Assembly (NCBI GenBank): GCA_043228905.1
Contig: JBHGNT010000004.1
Coordinates: 22,630,001 to 22,694,000, forward strand
Direction of reading: 5' to 3'
Source: Azolla caroliniana
Lineage: Eukaryota; Plantae; Polypodiophyta
DNA length: 64,000 nt
The notes beneath the pieces were generated by a model. The model did not search any database. It was not told where the DNA came from and was given only the letters and a program-made list of their open reading frames with translations. A program made the position numbers and the translations under genes. This document shows positions 47,983 through 59,300 of this stretch, piece after piece (position 1 is the first letter of the stretch; each line of letters opens with the position of its first letter).

Positions 47983-50538
47983 ATGGCATCAACATCCGGC
48001 TCGTCAGAAATGAGTCTACGAAAGTTCGATGGATCGAACTTCAACTTCTGGAAGGAACAAATGCAAGACTATCTCATAGTCAAGGGGCAAATCGATCCCA
48101 TCGAAAATGAAGAACCTCCAGAAGGATACAAACCAATTGAGTGGCAGAAGCTGGACAGAATCGTCCGCGCCACGATTCGGATGCACCTATCGGAATCGGT
48201 ATACTTTACGGTGCAATCGTGTACGACAGCATTTGAACTGTGGAAAACACTGTCGGACACTTACGAAAAGAAGGTCGCCGCAACAAAGATGTTTCTGATC
48301 CGGCGCCTCTACAACTTGCGGATGAAAGAATCCGACTCGGTTCAAGCACACCTCAATGAGTACGAAAGCATAAGCTCCCAAATCTCGTCACAGGGGACGG
48401 CAATCGAGGATGAACTCAGAGCAATGATACTCATGAGCAGCCTTCCCTCATCATGGGAAACTTTCGTCACAACCGTGTGCAACGCGTCAACCACGGCTGT
48501 TAAATACTCCGAAGTCACGAGCGCAATCCTGACCGAAGCAGCTCGGAGAAAGTCTTTCGCCAAAGACTCAACAGACGACGCTTACGTAGTACAAGGTTCG
48601 ACAGACCGATCGAACATACGAGGAAGAGATTCCTCACGGCCGCCGAACAGTCAGCGAAGACGGAGCCAGTCACGGGATAACCGAATCTGCAACTACTGCA
48701 AGAAACCCGGACACATCAAAGCCGACTGCCGCGCACTCAAGAACAAGAACAACAAGAAGAGTGGCCGGCATGAGGAGATCAATTACGTCAGCTTCTCAGC
48801 TGATGTGCTACCAGACGACCCGAACATACTATCAATCGAAAATCCAGTTGGCTCAGAAGTTCTGCTCACGACTGAAGAATCGAGCACATGGCTCTTGGAT
48901 TCGGGCGCGTCGTTTCACGTGACTCCTCATCGATCCCAATTTCGGCAATACACGATCCGTCACTCCGACTCAGTTCGGGTCGGTAACTCGCAACACTGTG
49001 ACATCATCGGAATCGGCACAGTAGAGCTCAACCTTGCAGGTGGCTCTACACTTGTACTCCACAATGTCCGACATGTACCCGAGCTCTCACGGCCATTGAT
49101 CTCAGTCGGACAACTAGATGAAGACGGCATTCGTGCCGGTTTTTCTTCGGGAGGGTGGACACTCCACAGGGGGAACCTCCTGCTTGCTAGAGGACCCAAG
49201 ATACACTCCCTGTATCCGTTACATGTTACGCTCAGAGAGGGTAACCTGTTTTTGGTGGATATTCCTGTGTCATCACTATGGCACCGAAGATTAGGACACC
49301 TCAGCAAGGCCGGCATCACGCACCTATCTAGAGCCGGATACATCCCCAAACTCTCCTTCTCCGACCATCAATTCTGCGAGCATTGCCAGTATGGCAAACA
49401 AGCAGCCACATCACACCCGACATCAGCACCAAGAGAATCGAGACCTCTCGATTTGGTCCACTCGGACGTCTGTGGCCCAATGCCGCATCAGTCTCTCGGT
49501 GGTGCCTCTTACTTCGTCACTTTTATTGACGATTCGACTCGAAAGGTGTGGGCTTATCCAATTCGCACCAAAGATCGGGTCTTCTCGATCTTCACCGATT
49601 GGCTCGCTATGGTAGAAAATCAAACCGACCGAAAGCTGAAATGCCTTCGGACAGACAATGGGGGAGAGTTTAAATCTGAAGAATTCGTCAAATTCTGCCG
49701 ACAACGCGGCATCCGACGAGAATTTACGGCACCACACAGTCCGGAGCAAAACGGGATTGCCGAACGCATGAATCGGACAATCCAAGAACGGACAGTTTCC
49801 ATGCTCCAACACTCCGGACTGTCGGATGGCTTCTGGGCAGAGGCTCTACTCACGGCAGTACACATAATCAATATGTCGCCAAGTAGACCTCTAGGACTTC
49901 AAATTCCTCAGGAACTATGGATCGGCAGTAAGCCGAATTACGACAAGCTGAGGATCTTCGGATGCGAGGCGTACACCCTTATTCCGAAAGATGATCGCCG
50001 AAAACTTGCACCTCGGTCCAGGAAATGCATTTTCCTTGGATATGGATCCAACGGCGAAATGGGATACCGACTCTGGGACCCCGAACGCAGACAAATCGTT
50101 CGAAGTTCGGACGTTGTGTTCAACGAGTCGGCCATGAATCCATCAGTCGAAAAACCGATCGAAGTCCGAAGGGTAACCTTTTCCGATGTGCCGACCCTTC
50201 AAGAAGGCCCCGCTCTCAACACACGGTCAGCTTCACGGGTAGCTGAACCTTACACTACCGACTCGGACAACTCCGACTCGGCAGCAGAACAATCCGCTTT
50301 CGGACCATCCGACCACGATACCCGATGCGACCAGTCCAATCATGCCTCGACGATCCGAGAGACTGTCGCAACCTCCGGAGAGGTATTCTCCTGGAATTTT
50401 CTTCACCGACGCCGGCGAACCGACGTCTTACGAAGAAGCATCGACATCCGTCGATTCAGCCACCTGGCATCTGGCGATGGAGTCGGAAATGCACTCCATT
50501 CGGGCAAACAAGACTTGGGATCTGGTCGAATTACCTAG
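47983..50538 (+). CDS. Copia D gag-protease-integrase (first frame)
   Basis: KFDGSNFNFWK gag, CNYCKKPGHIKADC zinc knuckle, WLLDSGAS protease, WHRRLGH...CEHC, HSDVCGP, RTDNGGEF and QNGIAERMNRT integrase. Confidence 0.93.
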   Translation: MASTSGSSEMSLRKFDGSNFNFWKEQMQDYLIVKGQIDPIENEEPPEGYKPIEWQKLDRIVRATIRMHLSESVYFTVQSCTTAFELWKTLSDTYEKKVAATKMFLIRRLYNLRMKESDSVQAHLNEYESISSQISSQGTAIEDELRAMILMSSLPSSWETFVTTVCNASTTAVKYSEVTSAILTEAARRKSFAKDSTDDAYVVQGSTDRSNIRGRDSSRPPNSQRRRSQSRDNRICNYCKKPGHIKADCRALKNKNNKKSGRHEEINYVSFSADVLPDDPNILSIENPVGSEVLLTTEESSTWLLDSGASFHVTPHRSQFRQYTIRHSDSVRVGNSQHCDIIGIGTVELNLAGGSTLVLHNVRHVPELSRPLISVGQLDEDGIRAGFSSGGWTLHRGNLLLARGPKIHSLYPLHVTLREGNLFLVDIPVSSLWHRRLGHLSKAGITHLSRAGYIPKLSFSDHQFCEHCQYGKQAATSHPTSAPRESRPLDLVHSDVCGPMPHQSLGGASYFVTFIDDSTRKVWAYPIRTKDRVFSIFTDWLAMVENQTDRKLKCLRTDNGGEFKSEEFVKFCRQRGIRREFTAPHSPEQNGIAERMNRTIQERTVSMLQHSGLSDGFWAEALLTAVHIINMSPSRPLGLQIPQELWIGSKPNYDKLRIFGCEAYTLIPKDDRRKLAPRSRKCIFLGYGSNGEMGYRLWDPERRQIVRSSDVVFNESAMNPSVEKPIEVRRVTFSDVPTLQEGPALNTRSASRVAEPYTTDSDNSDSAAEQSAFGPSDHDTRCDQSNHASTIRETVATSGEVFSWNFLHRRRRTDVLRRSIDIRRFSHLASGDGVGNALHSGKQDLGSGRIT

Positions 50539-51994
50539 GAACCGACGTGCTCTTCCTTGCAAGTGGGTTTATCGACTAAAAGAGACGTCTGATTCGACCA
50601 CCCCAAAGTACAAGGCCAGACTAGTTGCGAAGGGCTTCCGACAAGAATACGGCGTCGACTTCGACGAGATTTTTTCACCAGTGGTGAAAATGACAACCCT
50701 TCGTTTCCTACTCGGCGTAGTGGCAGCCGACAACTTGGAGCTGATTCAGCTAGATGTCAAAACAGCATTCCTCCATGGTGATCTAGACGAGGAAATTTAT
50801 ATGGAGCAGCCAAAAGGCTTCGTGGCGACTGGCCAAGAACATCTAGTCTGCCGACTCAGGAAGAGTCTATACGGCCTCAAACAGGCACCGCGACAATGGT
50901 ACAAGAAGTTCGACGACTTCATCACATCGATCGGCTTCTCAAAAAGCGATGAGGACCATTGTCTCTTCACCAACACAGCTCAAGATGGATCACCCATCTT
51001 CCTCATCATTTACGTGGACGACATGCTAATTTCTGGACGCCACGCGGGCGAACTTGCCGATCTCATTCGGCAACTGCGGTTGAAGTTTGCCATGAAGGAT
51101 CTCGGTCCGGCACGACACATACTCGGCATGAAGATCAGTCGGCATCGCGACAAACGACACCTTTTTTTGTCTCAGACCGACTATATCGGACGTGTCTTGG
51201 AACGCTTCAACATGCAATCAGCCAAATCTGCTTCAACCCCGCTCCCTATGAATCTTCGGCTCTCTCAGCGAGACTGCCCGACATCCGGTCCGGAGGGGGA
51301 AGATATGAAGTCGGTACCGTATGCACCGGCAGTCGGCTCCCTTATGTACCTGATGGTCGCGACACGGCCTGATATCTCTCATGCCGTAGGAGTCGTTAGC
51401 AGATTTATGCACAATCCTGGCCGATCGCATTGGAACGCAGTCAAGCATGTGTTCAGATATCTGGCTGGCACAAAAGACCATGGCATTCTTTTCGGACCGA
51501 ACCGAACCTCAGGCGTAGTCGGTTACACCGACTCGGACTTCGCCGGCTGTATAGACAGTCGGAAATCAACAACCGGATACTGCTTCAAATTCGGCAATGG
51601 AGCAATCTCGTGGAAGTCGAAACTTCAGGAGTGCACAGCGACCTCAACGACCGAAGCAGAATATGTAGCTGCGTCCGACGCAGCAAAAGAAGCTTTGTGG
51701 CTCGGTCGGCTGGCGCACACGTTTCGACAAGTCGACCATGACTCGGCTCCAGTTGTCTACAGCGACAGTCAAGGTGCTGTTGCCTTGTCAAAAAATCCGG
51801 TTCACCACAACGCCTCCAAACATATCGACGTTCGATATCACTTCGTTCGGGACTGCGTCATTTCAGGGAAAATCGGTCTAGAGAAAATATCCACAACCGA
51901 CAATGTCGCAGATGGAATGACCAAGTGTCTTTCGGCAGACCGTTTTCGGTCTCTTCGGCATCAGATGGGCGTAACGGCAAACCAGTCCGGTTAG
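50342..51994 (+). CDS. Copia D reverse transcriptase-RNase H (second frame, +1)
   Basis: RRSER...[54 protein letters not shown], with no internal stops. Confidence 0.93.
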   Translation: MPRRSERLSQPPERYSPGIFFTDAGEPTSYEEASTSVDSATWHLAMESEMHSIRANKTWDLVELPRNRRALPCKWVYRLKETSDSTTPKYKARLVAKGFRQEYGVDFDEIFSPVVKMTTLRFLLGVVAADNLELIQLDVKTAFLHGDLDEEIYMEQPKGFVATGQEHLVCRLRKSLYGLKQAPRQWYKKFDDFITSIGFSKSDEDHCLFTNTAQDGSPIFLIIYVDDMLISGRHAGELADLIRQLRLKFAMKDLGPARHILGMKISRHRDKRHLFLSQTDYIGRVLERFNMQSAKSASTPLPMNLRLSQRDCPTSGPEGEDMKSVPYAPAVGSLMYLMVATRPDISHAVGVVSRFMHNPGRSHWNAVKHVFRYLAGTKDHGILFGPNRTSGVVGYTDSDFAGCIDSRKSTTGYCFKFGNGAISWKSKLQECTATSTTEAEYVAASDAAKEALWLGRLAHTFRQVDHDSAPVVYSDSQGAVALSKNPVHHNASKHIDVRYHFVRDCVISGKIGLEKISTTDNVADGMTKCLSADRFRSLRHQMGVTANQSG

Positions 51995-52355
51995 AGCCGG
52001 ACACAGAGCAGGATGGTTCCCGACAACCGACATCAGTTCCTTAATGATCGGCTTCAACTGTTCCGACCCGACCAGTTCGGTCTTCTGCCTTCGGGCCCTG
52101 CCGACTCGAACAAAGCTGATATGTCCGAGAACCTAAGTCTATACCTGTAATCTCAGATAACCCATGTATACGCCCATTACGGGGGAGTGTCGAATACATG
52201 TGTATAATGGACGTATTCACACTATCTCGTCTTGGCCATTTATGTAATTAGCATAAAGGGTAGTTGCCCTAAGTCGGTCACTATATATATTGACCTTGTA
52301 ACCTTTTTGTAAGGTTGGCTGTTGTATTATTGCTTTGGGAAATAGAAAGTTCTTT

Positions 52356-52426
<71 letters not shown>

Positions 52427-53209
52427 AACGACCTACATTCTGTCATACGCAGGAGAAGAACAGAACTGAATGCTTCAAGATCTTCCGCATTGACGACCTC
52501 GCTTCCAACAACCTCAAGCATATTGACGTTCGATGTCACTTTGTTCGGGACTGCATCATTTCAGGGAAAATCGGCCTCGAGAAGATATTTACAGTTAATA
52601 ATGTTGCAGATGGAATGACCAAGTGTCTTTCGACAGATTGATTCCAATCCCTTAGGCACCAGATGGGCGTAATGAAGAATCAGTCAGATTGAGTCAAACA
52701 CTCAGGATGGTTTCGAACAATCATCATCGACAGTTCGAGGTTTGGTCTCAACTCCTCCGACCCTGGCCAATTTGGCCTCCTGTTTTTTGAAGTTTACCGA
52801 CTCGAACAGAAAACTTATTTGTTTGACAACCTTGTAAAAATCTGCATTGTCTATTTGTCTTCTTTATTACAGATTTCTATTGTATACGCTCATTACGGGG
52901 GAGTGTCGAATACTGGTCTATAATGGTCGTACTCACATTGTATCTTCGACCTACTAGAGTTCGGACAATTCTATAAATATGTCAAAGGGCAGTTGTCCTA
53001 GCTCATTTAGTATATAATGGGCTTTGTAGTCTAATCGTGTGATGGTTGTCATTGTTGAGAGAGCTCGAATAATACAGTTCTTCTTGTGTGCCTCCTAGTC
53101 TTTCTCTCTCTCATTCTATTCTCCGATCTTGCCTTCCTACTATGCACTCAACAATCTTCATCACAAAGTGTTGTTGACGTTTCAACACTGACGACCTTAG
53201 TCGCCAACA

Positions 53210-55143
53210 TGGAGTGTCGGGCAGTCGTGCCCGAAACCATCAACCCTTTTCTGAACTCGCGATCGTCACCTCTCCGACCCTGACCTTATCCTCGATCGGT
53301 CTTTCTCCGCAAGTCGAGCAGGTGACTTGCTCCACACCCTCTGGACCCGTGGTACCGTCCTTCGGCCTTCGCATGGGCCACGTCCGTCTCGTCCAGAAGG
53401 CCAACAAGCTCGGAATCTCCGGAATCCAATTGCATGTCAGATCTTTCCTCTTCCTCGATCTTCGCCTTTAGAGCCTCGTACGCTTCCCGGACCAGGGCTT
53501 CAACGTTGAGCTTCACCGATCCTTCTCGTTGCGTGCCTGCTCCATGTTGTGATGGTGTGCCATCACACATCATCTTCCCCTTTCTGTTCGTGGGCCACTC
53601 CTTATCCTGCCGTCCACATACCCGTTCGACTTTCGAACAGTCCTCGGTAAGGCCATTTGCTCCTTCGTCATCTTCGAGCTCGATCAGAAAGGCCATTTGT
53701 TCCTTCCAGTCGATCGACGTCACGAATAACAGAACCTTATCCACCCCCACCAGTCTTTGTTCCCGCTCCGGGAGCCGAGCAAAGCACCGCTCGAACTCCT
53801 GGAACACCTTCATTGCGCCCCGGTGGGTCTTTGCTGATGCAACCCACTGGTCAAAATTGCGTTGTCCCCCACTTTTCGACCACCCTCCGTATGCTTGCAG
53901 GAGTGCCTCTTTGAAGGCCTCCCACGAACTATGGCTTCTCAGAGCCCCTTTACTTCCACGTGCATCTGGTTCACTATGACCCGACAGAAGAACTCCAGCC
54001 TCAACACCTCGTCTATACCTCGCGCCTCCATTTCCATGTTGTAGACTTCCAAGTAGAATGGGAATTTATCCCCATTGAAACGACCGACTCTTTCGACCAC
54101 ACACCTGACCACTTGTTGTGCTGCCTCTTGTCTCATCGTCACTCGTCTGAACTCCATCACCAATTCCGCCACCATCTCTGTGAAGTCTTCATCTTCCAAC
54201 TTCATCCTCCCTTTTCGCCCCTTCACGTCGGGTTCACTAAATATGTCATGGTATTTTGCGTGCACATGTTAGCTTGGGCGGGACCATGGGGGTCTTGAAC
54301 TGGAGAAAGATGGGGAAGGAAAGACTGAGCTTCGCTGGTACCGGTTACCACTAACTCAGACATCGGCCGGAGCGTTTCCGGATACACAGTTGACATAAAT
54401 TGAATGAGAGGAAGAGAAGGTACGCGAACAAAGATCACTTGATGCACTCCACTTATGTACCAAAACCAAAAGAGAAAGAAACACTTTGATAGAGAAAACT
54501 TGACAAGCACTCACCGTATACAGAACCAGAAAAGAACTAAACACCATCAACACCGACAAGACACAGATATGCACGACCCTTCTTATATGTATTTATAGGA
54601 AGACAACAAAGTACATCCCCGGTTTCGAGTCGTAGTAAAGTAGGTCGGGTTACATCAGTTGTCTACGGCCAAGCCACCGGTCAGGGAGCTCACGGCTCGT
54701 TGCGCCGAGCGAGGTCTTACACAAGAGACAAAGTAGAAACGAAACCCCTCGAACATACGAGCTCTAAAGCAGACTAAACCCTAAACACCCAAAACACACT
54801 CGACACTGGGAAAATGGAACCCCAATAACCAAAAATGTGGAACTCACAAAAACGAGGGACCCCTTTGCAAGGGACCCCTCCCTCCTTTTATAGCTCAAGG
54901 AGAGAGGTATGTTACAATGTGGGACAAATATTCCTCTTTTTCAGAGGAGAAATATTGCCATGATTTCCAGGGAGGTACATTAAACACCTTTACAACATAT
55001 GCAAGTGCACTAATGTACACCTCAACACTAACTCCCGTGCATCTTAGCACCCTTTACATTTCCTTTATTCCTATTCAATTGCACATTGCCGACTTTGCCC
55101 ATTCCATCCGATTTTCTCACTGTAGCCGGAAATCTTCACGACA
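53210..55143 (-). mobile_element. 5' part of gypsy element E (TGTCGTG family): LTR 54244-55143, tRNA-Trp PBS, disrupted gag
   Basis: LTR TGTCGTGAAG...CCATGACA, TATA CTATAAAA at ~54890, gag-like RVGRFNGDKFPFYLEVYNMEM...VDKVLLFV from ATG 54205. Interrupted at 53209 by copia B. Outer flank ACGT. Confidence 0.85.
54223..54239 (-). promoter_or_regulatory. Primer-binding site complementary to tRNA-Trp 3' end
   Basis: TAGTGAACCCGACGTGA versus expected TGGTGAACCCGACGTGA from plant tRNA-Trp (...TCACGTCGGGTTCACCA, recalled from memory). One G>A change; 4 nt downstream of the LTR end. Confidence 0.8.
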
Positions 55144-55758
55144 ACGTGGTTTGACTAATTGAGGGTTGGAAACACTCTATATAAGCATGAAAATTTAAAA
55201 TGCGATGAGATTAAAGTTGCAATAGGATTGATCTGATAATGATTTGTGAATACTTGTAACCTAAAAAAGTCAAGCTAATCGATATAATTATAAATTATAA
55301 TATTTATATTTTTCACATAAATGCAAATGTGTAATGATGTACATTGATGATGGCATGCAAACGAACCTTTGGTACTAAAAAAATGCATGGACCTTTTGAC
55401 ATCAATATAAATGGCTATAAAGCAGAAAATAACAAGAAAGTAAAGATTTTCTACATACATGAATCTGAGGATATAATAATTCGAAGTTCTAACTTTCTCA
55501 TAATGAATTACTAAAAGGAATGTGGTGTACAAAACAAGAGTGAACATATAGATACTGGACAAGCCTTTCATTTGAGTAATGATTATTTTTAGTTGAACAT
55601 GCAAAAAATTTATATATAAAAAGTGCAAATTGTTAAGTACTTGAATAGAAAAAAAACAACAAAGAAAGTGACAATGTATAGGATAGTGCAAATCAAGCTA
55701 GAATGGTAAGTAAGGTAGATGCATCAATCTTCGAACATATTTACTTGAATTGTTTTTA

Positions 55759-56071
55759 GGGAAAAGTACCATGAAACCCCTGGAAGTTCGTCTATTTACC
55801 AGAACACCCCTGGAAGTTCCAAATTTACCAAACTACCCCTATGTCCAAAAAATTACACTTTATAAAATAATTATACACTCAAATCTACAAGCCCTATTTA
55901 CCAAAGATGGAAGAAATGGACCCGAACTAGCCCTATTTACCAAAGATTTGAGTGTATAATTACTTTATAAAGTGTAATTTTTTGGACATAGGGGTAGTTT
56001 GGTAAATTTGGAACTTCCAAGGGCATTCTAGTAAATAGATGAACTTCCAGGGGTATCCTAGTACTTTTCCC
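55759..56071. mobile_element. Mutator-like foldback MITE (313 bp)
   Basis: ~127-bp inverted arms GGGAAAAGTAC...GTACTTTTCCC. Flanks TGTTTTTA/TTTTTTTA (8 bp, 1 mismatch). Confidence 0.85.
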
Positions 56072-59000
56072 TTTTTTTATTTTATTTTCCAAAAAAACTC
56101 CTTCCATTAGTTATAAAGATTTTACAGATGAGATTATTATATACAAATCCCTATAGGGACACGATAGGTTCATCTTATGTGGATGCCCACTGCCTCAAGA
56201 AAGGGAGAGGACGACCATTGTTGGAAAAAGGCTAGTCGTTGTCTTTCAACTCTATCGGAGTCGCCCTTGGGGCCATCATATTGTCTCTTTAGAGTGGCTA
56301 TAGCTTCACTCCATATCTCTTGCATTAACATTATTGGTTGCACGCTTTGGTTGGAGAAGACTCATCTACACCGTTGTTTCCATAAAATCCAAAGAGTTAT
56401 TGGGTTGACCAAGTCCAACACAACTTGAGATTTGGCACTAGTAGGAGTTGAGTGGATATTGTCGATGGTGGAGAAAAAAACCTCTTGTGCTTTTATAACC
56501 AAGGTCATCCCCTCTTCCTAATGCTCATATCTGTCAATTGGGGCCTTCCATGATAGCCAACATACATTCCCCCACTTGATTGAGCCTTGCACCTGGCATA
56601 ATTGCAATAAGCAGCCAACCCCTCGCCATATTCGATGGGACTCTGGGCAGTCCCATAGAGCGTGTTGTATTGATTCTACTACAGTTGCACACGCTACACA
56701 ATTAGGAGAGCTAAGGTTCCCACGTTGCCATGCACCATTTGGTAGTGACCTATGTATTAATAGCCATTGGAAAGTGGTGATTCGCCTCACGTGTTGTTGT
56801 TTCTAGAGTTTCTGCCAAAACTTGGTGATAATTGTGTAAGGAACATGATATGTTTTCCAGACCTTTGCAGCAGCCGGATCTCGGGCAGATTGAGCGGCTA
56901 TAATATGACGACCCAATCTAGTTGTGAATTGAAAGAAAGGGATAGGTTTGCTTCCTTGACCCGCGTAAGGATCACACCATGTCCATTGCAAAGGGTCCCA
57001 ATTGACCTTATGTAGCCATGTGTTTTCATGAGTACATATGTGCCAATCTGGTTGTACTTTGACTGGATCAGGATCTACAATCCATTTATGCCTAGTATAT
57101 GCTAGTACTCGAATTGCCTTATGTTGTGTTGATGTCTTGTTGTCTTGCAATTCAGAGCCTTCGATCCTGTCCGGTGTGTCCCTACCTCTTGGGAGCAAAG
57201 AGCCCTCCTCCTTGTAACCTATCCATTTCTCCATTGTTTTCCTTTGATGAGCATCTTCCCTAATCAGTAGAGCGTTAGTGATTTCAGATCTCATAGCCCA
57301 TCCGCCCCTAATTCCATGGAGGATGTTGGCTTGGTCTTGTATTGGCAATGACATAAACCGTCTCCAACATTCTATACTTTTCCCTCGACCTTCCAACATG
57401 TATCCCCATGACAACCCCTTGCTTGATCCAATTAGTTGATTAGATTCATCCTCAATACATGGGTTCCAAAGGATACGTTGACTGAACCAGGTAGGTTCGG
57501 AATTGGGTTGATCGCACTTGAGTCCTCGTCTAATGTCACACCACGCCTTCCACATGGATGCACTAAATCTATCCTCTAGTTGGTGAGAGAAACTAGGTTT
57601 GAGATCCATGTTTAGAATCCATCCAATTTGGGGGGCCCAATTGGTCCCTTTTCGTGGCCTAAAGTAAGCGAAGCGTAACCGCAATAGCATTTTCCAGTAG
57701 TCATTCCATAGTTGCAGTCCTTGCACCACAAATTTGGCGAGTAGGGATTTTGATTGTGAGAGGGGATCAATAAGACCCAATCGTCCTCTTGACTTAGGTG
57801 ATGTGAGTATGGGCCACGCCACCTTGGCCCGAGTTGAATGATCTTCCTTACCAGACCAAATGTAATTGCGTACCAATCGTTGAATCTGATGTATACTTTC
57901 CTTGGAGATTGTCCAGCATGATAGGTTGTACCATGTTGTCGTGAGTAATACTTGGTTTCCCACTATGATGTGGCCCACTAGCGAGAGTTTTTTTAAAATC
58001 CAATGTATTAACTTTTGTCGTATGGAGTGAATAACTGGTGTTATCATAGTTTTCGGAGGTATGTTGAACCCAATTTGGAAACCCAAATATTTGGTGCTCT
58101 CTCCTTGATTGATCCACTTGAAAGCGGGATCTGGGTGCCACGTAGGATGTGCATCATGAGAGAGCCATATTGCACAGGATTTGTGCCAATTGATCATGGC
58201 ATTGAATCTCTTGCAAAATACGTCTAGACCACTTTCTAGCTTTTGTAAATTTTCTAAGTCGCCTTGCAAGTAGACCGTGGTGTCATCTGCAAATTCTATA
58301 TCTAGGAGGCTTTGCTGAGAATGCGGCACACAAAGACCATGTAGGCTTAGATGACGCGACTTGAGAAAGCTAGAGAGTGCTTCGGCGTAGAATAGAAATA
58401 AGGATGGAGCTAGTGGGTAGCCCTGCCGTACAAACCACGATATTCGGAAGAAGGGGGCCCTTTCACCTGCTAGTGAAACATAGTTGGTGGCATTCCTATA
58501 AAGTCATGCAATGCCTTTGATCCATGATTCGTGAAAGCCGAGTTTCCCCATCACACTTTCTAGAAATTTCCAGCATATGATACCCGGTCATATGCTTTCT
58601 CAAAATCTAGGAACACCACCGTTACCTTGTTGTTGGTACGCTTGGCAAGGGCTACTGCTTCCCAAAATGAGAAGAGATTGTCTAGGATGCTCCGATTTCT
58701 AACAAAACCTGTCTGGGACGAATGAATGAGTTGAGGGAGAAGTGGTACTAAGCGGCGTGCCACATTTTTTGCCAACAACTTATAGACAGTATTGAGGAGA
58801 GTTATGGGCCGCCACTTACTAATGTCATTGGCACTCCCACCACTTTTAGGAATGAGATGTATAATCCCCTGTCCAAATTCCTCTAGCATGTTTCCAAAGG
58901 TGATGATCTCCTCATATGCCTAGAGAAGGTCTTCTTTAATAATGTCCCAAAGGCACGTGAAAAAATGAGGGGTGAGGCCGTCGATTCTGGGGCAGCTATC

Positions 59001-59300
59001 TGTAGCCAAATCAGAGAGGGCCTCCCATATCTCGATGATTGATAGGGGATGCACGAGCCATGTATTCATTTCCGTCGTGACTTTCTCATGTATGCTCTAG
59101 AGGATAATATCTTCTCTTATGTCTTCCCCTGTGGCCAGATTATCTTCAGTAAGTAGTCGCTTAAAATAACTTGTGGCAATATTCCTCATTTTGTCGCCAT
59201 CCTCCGTGGTTGTTCCATCCGCTCAGTTGAGGTTGCGCATCATTGTTCTAGCGTGTCTTGGTTCCTTGGATCAGAAGAATTCCTTCGTGATTTTGTCCCC
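56072..59300 (-). mobile_element. 5'-truncated L1-clade LINE (ORF2 RT, zf-RVT, A-rich tail)
   Basis: LIPK...WRPITLLNTVYK, QTGFVRNRSILDN, LDFEKAYDRV, FADDT, KYLG, KVAW, CVAC...ESIQHALWDC. A-rich tail at 56088-56072. Confidence 0.92.

Larger units (their letters stand above)
47012..52510 (+). mobile_element. Very young full-length Tnt1/Tork-like copia D
   Basis: LTRs 47012-47308 and 52188-52510 are identical except for (CT)n length. Perfect TSD ACCTC, PBS TGGTATCAGAGCC 47311-47323, PPT ACGGGGGAG 52179-52187. Confidence 0.98.
36960..53209 (+). mobile_element. Older copia B (5'-truncated host; pieces 36960-37204, 46786-47011, 52511-53209), same family as D
   Basis: The pieces join into RT end-RNase H (MVATQPDIAH...GYCFK|GNGAISWKSK...KHIDVRCHFVRD). 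PPT ACGGGGGAG precedes the 3' LTR 52904-53209 (TGTCGAATAC...GCCAACA). Confidence 0.9.
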
